64,000 bases of DNA, from NCBI GenBank assembly GCA_965223335.1, contig OZ244991.1, positions 1,664,001 through 1,728,000 of the forward strand, given 5' to 3'. Shown piece after piece: positions 1-8,660 of the stretch (position 1 is the stretch's first letter; every line of letters starts with the position of its first letter). The notes under the pieces are model-generated. The model made no database searches, was not told the origin of the DNA, and was given only the letters and a program-made list of their open reading frames with translations. The translations under genes and the position numbers were made by a program. Source of the stretch: Thermodesulfobacteriota bacterium. Its GTDB lineage: Bacteria; Desulfobacterota_D; UBA1144; Nemesobacterales; UBA2774.

Positions 1-71
1 AAAAACATAAATACCGCTAATGCTACTACTGAAAATACTTTCATGCTTTCAAATCTACTTAGATTAATCAT
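1..71 (-). CDS. 5' end of a secreted protein that runs off the window (not in ORF track)
   Basis: ATG at 71 after AAGGAGG RBS; reads MINLSRFESMKVFSVVALAVFMF..., signal-peptide-like; ECF-type promoter upstream. Confidence 0.75.
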   Translation of the reverse strand, partial: MINLSRFESMKVFSVVALAVFMF

Positions 72-107
72 GGTTAATTCCTCCTTGAAATCGTATTTGT
101 ACAGTGT

Positions 108-133
108 GTAACAACAAAGGCGTAGATGGTTCA
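108..133 (-). promoter_or_regulatory. ECF-type promoter, copy 1 (TGAACC-N15-GTTAC)
   Basis: Minus strand TGAACC ATCTACGCCTTTGTT GTTAC, upstream of ATG at 71. Confidence 0.8.
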
Positions 134-197
134 AAAAAATGATGATTAACCTAGATAGAGTTACATAAGACCTTGCTTTCAAGACTGTGCCATAGAT

Positions 198-241
198 CAA
201 TACAAGAACCCCGGTCTAGATTGGGAGTTTCCAGACCGGGG
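198..241 (-). terminator. Probable intrinsic terminator of the CARDB-like gene
   Basis: CCCCGGTCT (209-217) / AGACCGGGG (233-241) inverted repeat, followed on the minus strand by TTCTTGTATTG. Confidence 0.6.
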
Positions 242-285
242 CAGGTTGGGGTATAGGAGGTGTGTATGAGATGCACACATTATTT

Positions 286-846
286 TCACTTGTTTTTGTT
301 TGCTAATAGTGACTTTCTATTGTCGTTTGAATCACAATCACCCTTAACCTTTACTCGTAACGCGAATGGCACATTATTTAATTCATTGGATTCGACTACC
401 TCTTGGTTACTGTCTAATTTGATAACTACCTTTTGCTTCCCTGTTTCCAATGCTATCGTGTTGTGAGTATTTATAACTTCGTCTGTGTCCAGACCTGAAT
501 AAGATTCCACCCTAGACCACGAACCGACGTTTATTCTGTATTCAAAACTATCACTTGAAGACTCTCCACGATTACTAATTTGTATCTGATAAGGAAAGAC
601 ACATCTTCCATTAACCGAGTGTATAGCATCTTCTGCTCTCAATTGAATTGAACTTCCCCACTCACCAACAGTGTCTGCTATTCTAATGGAGTCTGAGCTT
701 GTTATATCTGGCAGTTCGCTATTAATGCTACTTACCTCGTAATATTCCAAATCATCAGCGAGTGTTTTACTGCCCATGACTTGTAGAGAGACTATTATTA
801 AGAGAACTGTTAAAAATGTAATGTTTTGAGTGCTTAACCTTTTCAT
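286..846 (-). CDS. Secreted CARDB-like (Ig-fold) protein
   Basis: N-terminal signal peptide; LDSNQEVVESNELNN matches the CARDB D-x-x-N-x-V-x-E-x-x-E-x-N-N signature; AGGAG RBS. Confidence 0.7.
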   Translation of the reverse strand: MKRLSTQNITFLTVLLIIVSLQVMGSKTLADDLEYYEVSSINSELPDITSSDSIRIADTVGEWGSSIQLRAEDAIHSVNGRCVFPYQIQISNRGESSSDSFEYRINVGSWSRVESYSGLDTDEVINTHNTIALETGKQKVVIKLDSNQEVVESNELNNVPFALRVKVKGDCDSNDNRKSLLANKNK

Positions 847-879
847 TCCAAACTCCTTTCAATTGATTTTGTATAGTAA

Positions 880-905
880 GTAACGCGGGAGGTGGAAAAG
901 GTTCA
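880..905 (-). promoter_or_regulatory. ECF-type promoter, copy 2
   Basis: Minus strand TGAACC TTTTCCACCTCCCGC GTTAC, upstream of ATG at 846. Confidence 0.8.
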
Positions 906-921
906 AAATTTTTTTGAGCAG

Positions 922-951
922 AGGGGGCTCTATGTAGTCATAGAGCCCCCT
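922..951. terminator. Perfect 13-bp hairpin after the metalloprotease gene (terminator or 3' stabiliser)
   Basis: AGGGGGCTCTATG-tagt-CATAGAGCCCCCT; weak U-tract on the minus strand. Confidence 0.55.
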
Positions 952-960
952 TGAAAAGAT

Positions 961-3900
961 CTAGTTGGTGTTATTTAGTGAGAATGTGGAGTTGGTCAAG
1001 AAATCTGTTTTGATCCCAAGCAGGTTATATCCGCTTGGATCACCATTTGACCACAGCAATAGAGGTTCGCTACCTAGTGGCAGTGGGTCGCCTATGCTTA
1101 GCGGGCAAGATAATGTGCCTGCATCAAGCAGATCCATTCCGCCTACTGCTTGACCGAACAGTGTTTGTTTGAACTCTGCATAGTCGTCCCCTGAATCGTT
1201 GCTGATGAAATCATAGATGTGAGCAAAGTCCGGTTGTATAAGTCTAACACCTACTCTTACGTAGTTGCTCGCATGCTTGTTCAACCATTCATGATTCGGT
1301 ATGCAGACAGGGTTCTGTAGAGGTTTACAGTCTGGTGCTACAGCGCCGATAGCCGATTTGCAGGCATCATTAGGTTCTATTACATGGTACACAGCCAAGC
1401 CCGAGTCGTTGATGTTATAGTCGTAGAGAGGTGTGTTGATCGAGTTTTCTTGGATTCTGGTCTCGAGCAGCACATATTCCAGCCCGTCATCATACCTGCG
1501 TGGGAGTATGTAGACCTTCTCACTCTGCTTCACATCACTCAGATCGTATTTATCATTTTCCTCGATGACATGAGGTGTGACCCATCCAAGGTGTAGCTTG
1601 TGGAACCCATGAAGGTGAGGTGTTGCAAGGTCCTTACCGGTTTTAAATGTCATAAGCGATATCATATGAGGTGCAGTGTTCATATATCTGTTCTGACAGG
1701 TCTCACCCGGTGCCAGGTCCTCTTCGTCCGGGCAATCACTCATAAAGCTAGGTAGCGCAGAAAACTGTACTCCGTCATGCAGTCCTTTGTATCTTCCATA
1801 CGCGTCATCGAGGCCTAGCCAATGGTGTGCAAGTTCGTGTGCGGCAACCATCATATTCTGGATCTTGTCCGACTGATCAAGAGGTTCGGCTTTAAATATT
1901 AGGTTTAGGTGAACTGTCTCTGTAATCCTCACACCGTCCACACTCAGTGTTTCATTATCTTCGTCACAGAAAGGTGCAAAGCTTGTCTTAATTGACGAGC
2001 CGGCGTTCCCACTCCTTGGGATGGCAACAATAATTCCCAATTCATCTGGCGTGATCATTTCATCTTTATTTCTGTCATAGGATTTGAAGTCAATCATACC
2101 TTCGGCAAATTTGAGCGCTTCAGCATGAAGGGCATCAGAGCCTGATCCATAGGTAGCACCGTTTTCACAGTCAAAGTTCTCACTATCGAGATAATAGTTT
2201 TTATCGTTTGTGATTTGACCTGCGTTTGCAGCTGTGAAAATCCCGAGTGTGCCGGCTTTGTTAACCTGGAACCTGCCGCCTGAGTTGAGCATAAAATAGT
2301 CTTTTACACTCTGGAACCCGCCGTGCAGGAAGTCATCAACATCCACAAAGAACATGGTGTCTGCAGGTGAATCTTCGATCTGGGGATCGATTATGATGGT
2401 GAGGAGCTCGCGGGATCCATATATAGGTTCTATTATGGACTCGTATTTCTTAGAAGCTCTTCCCATATTAGGTCCTTCTGCCAGGTCCGGGCCTATGCGG
2501 AGTTTTTTCTCGACTACCAGGTTAGCATCGTTGATATAGCCAGCAGGTGGAGTTGTAACACCGGCTTGCGTTACTCGGTATGCAACTCCTACTTCATAAC
2601 CGCCTGCTTTAGGTGATAGCTCCTTGATACCAAATGTGTAACTGCCGCCGCCAGCATGATTTACCTGTGGTTTAGTGTCGCCAGGGTTTTGGAATGTCAG
2701 TGTCGGGTAGTGGATGATTACTTCTTGATCCATTAGCGGGAAGCCGTCCAATGTAGGCACTATGAATATAGTCCCCTCTCCTGCGAATGCTCCGCTTAGT
2801 GTTACTGCTATATCCGATACTTCATTCACTTCAACATGTGTCGACAGATTAGCAACCGGTGTGGTATGGCTCTCTGTGGAGCTTGTAAGCTCGGTCTGCG
2901 ATACAACATCAAAAAAGTTGTCTTTGGAATTGTTCTCTTCTGTTTGTACTAACACAGTCCATGCAGAAATTGTTCCTTTTGCCACAACATCAGTCTCGCT
3001 GCCTCTCCACTCGAACTTTACGTTATGCATTCCCTCTGGGAGGTCTTCTGCATTAAATACCACGCTTCTTGCCTCGGTATGATAGAGTCTTCCCGCCAAT
3101 GCAATCTCTTTGGGATAGACCTCTTCGGCACCGTTATCAATTATCGCGCGGAGCATAATGAAATCACCCTGCTCCATGCTTATGACGGATGAGAATGTAA
3201 TAGCGGTTTCCGAGCCTTTAGGTACGTAGAAATTTATGTCGGCATTAGGCACGGGCGTCCAGTTCTTGGTCCCGATCTTAAGCTGTTCGGGTTCACCGTC
3301 GCCAGTGATGCCTTTTCCGGTTTTAACCTTAATCGAAGCGTTTCTGATGTAGGAACTGCCGTTTGTTACATGCTCTGTTGAGTACTGTACCTGTACCGTG
3401 TGTATGCCTCTGTCTACCTCTGTTAAAAAGGTGAATGATTGACTCGGGGCCACAAGTACCTGGTCCATCCCGCCAGTAAGTGTGATCGGACCTGGGAGTG
3501 CCTCAACACCGTCTACGAGTACCCTTATTTGCAGGGGTTCATCTGTGGTGTCCGATACATATGACATTGCCGAGAATGTAATCGCAGCTACGGTGTTATT
3601 TTCATTTACTACAAATTTGCTTGCGGCTCTCGGTAGATCTATAAACCCGTCACTGCCCTTTGGGAGTTTAATGAATTGATCAACCATCACTGGGAATTCC
3701 GGTGTGCCGCCGTCAACACATATTGTTTCTTTCTCGCCAGCATACGAGTATTTCTTGGTTTTACAGCCGATATGAGTTTCCGACCTGATCTGCATGCTGT
3801 CAGGTTCATTGCCATCGAACTCATACGGATTAGGTAAGAATCCGCCCGGACCTGGGCGGTTTACGCTTGATGATTTTTTCTGAGCCTCTGCGCTCACTGA

Positions 3901-3993
3901 AAACATAAGTACAACTACTAGAAGCACAAGCAACTGTAATATTTGCCTGCTTGTTCCTTGTTTGGATTTATTGTTGAGTGTAAGTCTTAACAT
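961..3993 (-). CDS. Secreted M6 (immune inhibitor A)-like metalloprotease with three N-terminal beta-sandwich repeats
   Basis: Signal peptide; DFKSYDRNKD Ca-loop, HELAHHWLGLDD zinc motif, SLM Met-turn and HKLHLGWV segment typical of M6; start moved to ATG 3993 (GAGGAG RBS). Confidence 0.75.
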   Translation of the reverse strand: MLRLTLNNKSKQGTSRQILQLLVLLVVVLMFSVSAEAQKKSSSVNRPGPGGFLPNPYEFDGNEPDSMQIRSETHIGCKTKKYSYAGEKETICVDGGTPEFPVMVDQFIKLPKGSDGFIDLPRAASKFVVNENNTVAAITFSAMSYVSDTTDEPLQIRVLVDGVEALPGPITLTGGMDQVLVAPSQSFTFLTEVDRGIHTVQVQYSTEHVTNGSSYIRNASIKVKTGKGITGDGEPEQLKIGTKNWTPVPNADINFYVPKGSETAITFSSVISMEQGDFIMLRAIIDNGAEEVYPKEIALAGRLYHTEARSVVFNAEDLPEGMHNVKFEWRGSETDVVAKGTISAWTVLVQTEENNSKDNFFDVVSQTELTSSTESHTTPVANLSTHVEVNEVSDIAVTLSGAFAGEGTIFIVPTLDGFPLMDQEVIIHYPTLTFQNPGDTKPQVNHAGGGSYTFGIKELSPKAGGYEVGVAYRVTQAGVTTPPAGYINDANLVVEKKLRIGPDLAEGPNMGRASKKYESIIEPIYGSRELLTIIIDPQIEDSPADTMFFVDVDDFLHGGFQSVKDYFMLNSGGRFQVNKAGTLGIFTAANAGQITNDKNYYLDSENFDCENGATYGSGSDALHAEALKFAEGMIDFKSYDRNKDEMITPDELGIIVAIPRSGNAGSSIKTSFAPFCDEDNETLSVDGVRITETVHLNLIFKAEPLDQSDKIQNMMVAAHELAHHWLGLDDAYGRYKGLHDGVQFSALPSFMSDCPDEEDLAPGETCQNRYMNTAPHMISLMTFKTGKDLATPHLHGFHKLHLGWVTPHVIEENDKYDLSDVKQSEKVYILPRRYDDGLEYVLLETRIQENSINTPLYDYNINDSGLAVYHVIEPNDACKSAIGAVAPDCKPLQNPVCIPNHEWLNKHASNYVRVGVRLIQPDFAHIYDFISNDSGDDYAEFKQTLFGQAVGGMDLLDAGTLSCPLSIGDPLPLGSEPLLLWSNGDPSGYNLLGIKTDFLTNSTFSLNNTN

Positions 3994-4026
3994 TTTATTC
4001 CTCCTCAATGTTTGTTTGATAGGTAA

Positions 4027-4052
4027 GTAACACGAGGAGGTAAAATGGTTCA
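4027..4052 (-). promoter_or_regulatory. ECF-type promoter, copy 3
   Basis: Minus strand TGAACC ATTTTACCTCCTCGT GTTAC, upstream of ATG at 3993. Confidence 0.8.
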
Positions 4053-4153
4053 GATTACTTAAAAACTTTTTGGTTGATACAATTAGCTTCTGCTACTGAT
4101 TAGCGTAACAAGTTAAGATCATTGAATAAATACAGAGTGTGATAAAAGCAGGT

Positions 4154-5878
4154 TCAGTTGGCTCTGGCTTCTTCGGTGCCTTCATTTAATAAGTTCAATG
4201 CACCCAAAGCGTCTATTCTGCCTTTACCGTATTCGTTATCCTTTCCGGGTTTACCCAAGTCAAGCGCACTTTGCGTAAGGAGGTATTTAACCTCAGTCGA
4301 GGTGAGAGCCGGGTTTTGCTGCAGAAGTAGTGCAATAGCACCTGTGACGTGGGCTGCCGCCATAGAAGTGCCCGAGGTTAGATGCCACTTATTACCTGGT
4401 GCAGGGCAGTAGATCTCCACCCCAGGTGCCGAGAGATCTATGTATGATCCTCTGGTCGATGAACGGTATAGATTATCTTTGGCATCCGTCGCAGTCACAG
4501 CTATGACTTCTCCCAAAGCCGCCGGATACACAGTCTTACCATTCTTACCACCATTACCCGCAGCGGCTACAACAATGACTCCTTTTTCTACCGCTTTCCT
4601 GATCATTTTAGCGATTAGATGATCTTTCGGGCCGCCAAGGCTGAGGTTTATAACCTGAGCACTGTTTAAGATCGAATAATCAATTGATTTTGCAAGTGAA
4701 GTACTGCTGCAAATTGTATTTTTAGCCTCTGTTGAGTCTGACCAGCATGCCCTCACGGAAATGATATCAACATCGGGTGATATGCCGAGTGCACCTGTAC
4801 CGTTGTTAGGAGTAGATGCAATAATCCCGGCGATTGATGTGCCGTGCAGTTCATCTGTAAAACTCCCGTTGCCTTTGTCCACAAAATCCCTTCTCAGTTT
4901 TACCGCATTACTGAGTGCACTGTGATTATAATCTACACCGGTATCAATGACGGCCACTCTTACCCCGTTTCCTGTCGAAATTCTGTGAGCCTTATCGGCG
5001 TTGATCTTATTCACACCATACTGGATTGAACTGGTTGCGAGCCCTTCGTATAGATACACAGGCTGGGTCGCTAACACACGAGCATCATCAATAAGTGAGG
5101 TAATCACAACCGGGACTGTTCTAGAATCCGGGATGTTATATACGACTAGCACAGCATTGATGCTGTTTAATCTATAAGCTTCCCTTAGAGTCAGCTCATT
5201 TTTACTTCCTATTTCAGTTGCTGTGCTCCGAGCATTCGGGCTGTCTTCTATAAGTATCAATACCTGATCGGGTATATAACCGTCCTTTGCTATTCCGGAC
5301 AAAGTTTCGGGGGTCGGATCCTTAAACACGGGGGCGGTGAGTTGTTCCTGCTCTATAACAGGCTCAATCAAAGTTGGGTCGTCCGGCAATTGAGTAGGTG
5401 ATGTAAACTGGGGATCAGGGACTACGGGATTAATCCCCGAGGTCGGGTCGGGGTCAGAAGACCCAGGTTGATTACTCGGGGTTTCAGGCTCAGGTACCGG
5501 GGGTAGGGGGTTTGTGGGTTGAGTGGTGTCAGGATTCCTGGGAGGCTTCGGGTTGTCAGGTCTCGGGGGCTTAGGTTCATTCGGAGGAAGCACAATATCT
5601 TGGCTCGGAAGATTCGGTATTGTCGGTGGTTTGTTCGGGGGTTGAGGATATGTAGGCCCCGAATTGCTAGGGTTTCGGTTAGGATTAGGTTTCGGCGGTG
5701 TAGGCAGGTCATCACCCACATTAGGACTATAGCTGCTAGGGTATCGTGGTATTGGCTTTGATGAGTTGGACTGAGCAACCACAATAGCCTCTGCAGTTAA
5801 ATTCAAGGCGAGCGCATTTGAATAACCGCTCAGAGCTATTAAAAGTGCTGCCGTTACAGTTGCTGTGATAGCTCTCAT
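4154..5878 (-). CDS. Secreted S8 subtilisin-like serine protease with Pro-rich N-terminal region
   Basis: Catalytic motifs VIDTG, HGT, AAGN, GTSMA; signal peptide; long Pro/Asn-rich linker; prodomain before the catalytic domain. Confidence 0.93.
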   Translation of the reverse strand: MRAITATVTAALLIALSGYSNALALNLTAEAIVVAQSNSSKPIPRYPSSYSPNVGDDLPTPPKPNPNRNPSNSGPTYPQPPNKPPTIPNLPSQDIVLPPNEPKPPRPDNPKPPRNPDTTQPTNPLPPVPEPETPSNQPGSSDPDPTSGINPVVPDPQFTSPTQLPDDPTLIEPVIEQEQLTAPVFKDPTPETLSGIAKDGYIPDQVLILIEDSPNARSTATEIGSKNELTLREAYRLNSINAVLVVYNIPDSRTVPVVITSLIDDARVLATQPVYLYEGLATSSIQYGVNKINADKAHRISTGNGVRVAVIDTGVDYNHSALSNAVKLRRDFVDKGNGSFTDELHGTSIAGIIASTPNNGTGALGISPDVDIISVRACWSDSTEAKNTICSSTSLAKSIDYSILNSAQVINLSLGGPKDHLIAKMIRKAVEKGVIVVAAAGNGGKNGKTVYPAALGEVIAVTATDAKDNLYRSSTRGSYIDLSAPGVEIYCPAPGNKWHLTSGTSMAAAHVTGAIALLLQQNPALTSTEVKYLLTQSALDLGKPGKDNEYGKGRIDALGALNLLNEGTEEARAN

Positions 5879-5913
5879 GTCTCTTCTCCCTCGTTTTATA
5901 CTATAACCTATAT

Positions 5914-6606
5914 TTAATAGCCCTCAGTGGCTGATTTAATTATTTCGGTATTCGCACTAAGTTCTTGAATGGTATCGGCTGCTTGCTCGTCAGGTTCTAG
6001 CTCTATTACATATAAACCACCCGCTTTCGGTCCATCCACAATTTTTCCCCTGATTTCCTCAAGCACCTCTCCTATAGCTTCTATGCTAGCGTCTTCTTGA
6101 AACACAACCAACAACTTTGGCCCGGCAGTTTGCACTAGCTCTGTATCTCCGCTTAAGACCTTGTAATCATTGGTCTCCTCGGGTGTGCCGAAGTAAAGTT
6201 TGCCTGCAAGCAGAGCGATCAACCCAAACTGCACAAGCAGTATGGCCATGGCCCCTGCGGGTATTGCGGTGGGTAATGATATAGCCGGCATCAAGTTTTT
6301 TATACTTGACCAAATGGTTTCGGTTTCTTCATCTCTGGCGTAGCTGACATCGGTGTCTGTTTCTTCGATCCTCTGCATAATGCTTTCTTCCATATTCTCG
6401 AACTCGGCAGATATCTCTTTATCCACAAGCTCATTGGTTTCCATAACTGCTTCCCTTATAACCTCGAGTCCTATGATCTCAGAGCTGCACTCTTCGCATT
6501 CGTGGATGTGCTCTGTAACAAGTGCTTTTTCTTCTGTGTCCAATGTACCGTTTAGGTACCATGGCAAAAGCAGGCTGATCTCTTCATGTGTAGTATTGTT
6601 GGTCAT
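5914..6606 (-). CDS. Zinc-binding (zf-HC2/ZAS) membrane anti-sigma factor
   Basis: LLPWYLNGTL...HIHECEEC (HxxxCxxC), one TM helix, C-terminal outer domain; 4-nt overlap with the sigma gene. Confidence 0.9.
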   Translation of the reverse strand: MTNNTTHEEISLLLPWYLNGTLDTEEKALVTEHIHECEECSSEIIGLEVIREAVMETNELVDKEISAEFENMEESIMQRIEETDTDVSYARDEETETIWSSIKNLMPAISLPTAIPAGAMAILLVQFGLIALLAGKLYFGTPEETNDYKVLSGDTELVQTAGPKLLVVFQEDASIEAIGEVLEEIRGKIVDGPKAGGLYVIELEPDEQAADTIQELSANTEIIKSATEGY

Positions 6607-7178
6607 TGCAGTGTCTCCTCTGTGGTTATTCCCAATCCTGTAAGTTTTTCTTTCAATTTTTCTTTTGCGTAATACATTCGGGTCTTCACAGTGTTTACAG
6701 GGCAGTCCATTATCTCGGCAATTTCAGGGTATGATAGCCCCTCATAGAATGTAAGCTCGAGTACCGTCCTGTGTTCGGGGGAAAGTTGTTCCAGAGCTAT
6801 TTTCATGCGCTCTGCTCTATCTTTTTTCTCCACGATTTCCTCCACGTTATCTTCCGACGCAGGGATCCGTGAAAACTCCTCGGGGTCCATTGCAGTCGGC
6901 GATTTTTTTCTCAGTTCGTTCATTGTTTTGTTGTGTGCTATACCGAAAATCCATGTAAGCACCTTTGATTTCCCTTTAAAGTTTTTGGCACTGTTCCAGA
7001 CCTCAAACATTACATCGTTTGTGATCTCTTCGGTCATTTTGTTGTCTTTTGTTGTCTTATAAACAAACGAAAAGACCTGCCGAACGTATTTTTGATAAAG
7101 GGTTTTAAACGCCTCTTTATTGCCGTTTGCGATTTCCTCTATCAGTTCCAAATCCGAAGGTTCCAAAACCCTCTCCAT
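6603..7178 (-). CDS. ECF RNA polymerase sigma factor
   Basis: Region 2 (VWNSAKNFKGKSKVLTWIFGIAHN) and region 4 (LSYPEIAEIMDCPVNTVKTRMYYA) with no region 3; ATG 7178 has a GAGG RBS, GTG 7193 is an alternative start. Confidence 0.95.
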   Translation of the reverse strand: MERVLEPSDLELIEEIANGNKEAFKTLYQKYVRQVFSFVYKTTKDNKMTEEITNDVMFEVWNSAKNFKGKSKVLTWIFGIAHNKTMNELRKKSPTAMDPEEFSRIPASEDNVEEIVEKKDRAERMKIALEQLSPEHRTVLELTFYEGLSYPEIAEIMDCPVNTVKTRMYYAKEKLKEKLTGLGITTEETLQ

Positions 7179-7214
7179 TATCTCTGGCCTCACAAATGTA
7201 TTTTCAAACTGTTA

Positions 7215-7240
7215 GTAACACCGAGTACACAGATGGTTCA
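7215..7240 (-). promoter_or_regulatory. ECF-type promoter, copy 4 (autoregulatory)
   Basis: Minus strand TGAACC ATCTGTGTACTCGGT GTTAC, directly upstream of the ECF sigma gene. Confidence 0.85.
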
Positions 7241-7355
7241 AACGCTTTGTTCGAACAAAATTTATTAAACAATACTAAAATAAAAACAGTTGAATAACCA
7301 GTGGTATCAAGACACTTTGTAATAGGGTGGTTCCTGTGTATAATCCCTTGTTATC

Positions 7356-8648
7356 ATGCAAATAATTAAGCTCAGTAGAGCGGGTCTTGAAAAACAGCTC
7401 GGTAATCTGAGGAGTGGGGTGTCGGTATCCGACCCGGTTCTTGAGACCGCGACACGCAAAATAGTCGATGGTGTAAGAAAATCGGGGGATAAAGCGCTAT
7501 TTAGCTATACGAAAAAGTTCGATAGGTTTGCTGTCACCAAAAAGACTGTCCGGGTCTCTAAAAGAGAGATAGACAAGGCTTTAAACGATATACCGTCAAG
7601 ACTCAGGTCCGATCTCAGGCTTGCTGCAAAGAGGATAAGGGTATTTCACAAAGAGAAACTGCCCAAGGCTAATCTTTTTAAAGATAATCTGGGCAACGAA
7701 CTAGGTTGGCTCATCCGCCCCATTGAAAAAGTGGGGATATATGTGCCGGGGGGCAAGGCCGCATACCCCTCCACTGTGCTCATGACTGCTATTCCTGCAA
7801 AGGTAGCTGGGGTAAAGGAAATAGTTCTTGTAACACCATGTCCCAAAGGGGAAGTTAACCCAGCAGTGCTTGCCGCAGCCTCTATTGCAGGAGTGGACAG
7901 CATATATAAAGTAGGCGGCGCTCAGGCAGTAGCGGCACTCGCGTACGGTGCTGAGTCCGTGCCCAAGGTAGATAAGATAGTCGGACCGGGAAACATATAT
8001 GTAGCAATTGCAAAAAAACTTGTGTTCGGCGAAGTCGATATAGATATGGTTGCGGGCCCGAGCGAGGTTTTGGTAGTAGCTGACGGCAGTGTGCCCCCAA
8101 GCTGGGTGGCTGCGGATCTGTTGGCACAGGCCGAGCATGACGAGATGGCAGTTCCCTCGCTGGTAACTACGTCCCAAAAATATGCAAAAGAGGTCAAAGC
8201 CCAGGTTATATCACAGCTGGAGCAACTTAGCCGCAATAAGATTGCGAGTGCATCGGTAAGGGATCATGGCAAGGCATTTGTGGTGGGGTCTATCGAGCTT
8301 GCATGCGAGGTGGCCAACTACATTGCCCCCGAGCACCTGGAGCTGTGTGTGAAGAACCCAAAAACTATTTTAAAGAAAATAAAACATGCGGGTGCCATAT
8401 TTCTGGGTTCTATGTCAACCGAGGCCTTTGGCGATTATATTGCCGGACCAAGCCATGTGCTTCCTACTGGGGGCGCAGCGCGTTTTTCTTCTCCTCTAGG
8501 TGTGTATGATTTCCTGCGTATGCCAAGTGTGATATCTATTTCGCCTGCAGGTTTCAAGAGGCTAGGGAAATCCGTCATGAACCTTGCCTATAGTGAGGAA
8601 CTCGAGGCCCATGCGCTTTCAGTGGGTGTTAGGCTAGAACAGAAATAG
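7356..8648 (+). CDS. hisD: Histidinol dehydrogenase
   Basis: GIYVPGG, KIVGPGN, IDMVAGPSE, QAEHD, APEHLEL, GDYIAGPSHVLPT. Confidence 0.97.
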   Translation: MQIIKLSRAGLEKQLGNLRSGVSVSDPVLETATRKIVDGVRKSGDKALFSYTKKFDRFAVTKKTVRVSKREIDKALNDIPSRLRSDLRLAAKRIRVFHKEKLPKANLFKDNLGNELGWLIRPIEKVGIYVPGGKAAYPSTVLMTAIPAKVAGVKEIVLVTPCPKGEVNPAVLAAASIAGVDSIYKVGGAQAVAALAYGAESVPKVDKIVGPGNIYVAIAKKLVFGEVDIDMVAGPSEVLVVADGSVPPSWVAADLLAQAEHDEMAVPSLVTTSQKYAKEVKAQVISQLEQLSRNKIASASVRDHGKAFVVGSIELACEVANYIAPEHLELCVKNPKTILKKIKHAGAIFLGSMSTEAFGDYIAGPSHVLPTGGAARFSSPLGVYDFLRMPSVISISPAGFKRLGKSVMNLAYSEELEAHALSVGVRLEQK

Positions 8649-8660
8649 CGAGCCGGACTG

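Noticed and set aside
4105..4156. Possible fifth ECF promoter (GTAAC at 4105, GGTTCA at 4151)
   Set aside because: The half-sites are 41 nt apart rather than 15, and GGTTCA overlaps the S8 stop codon
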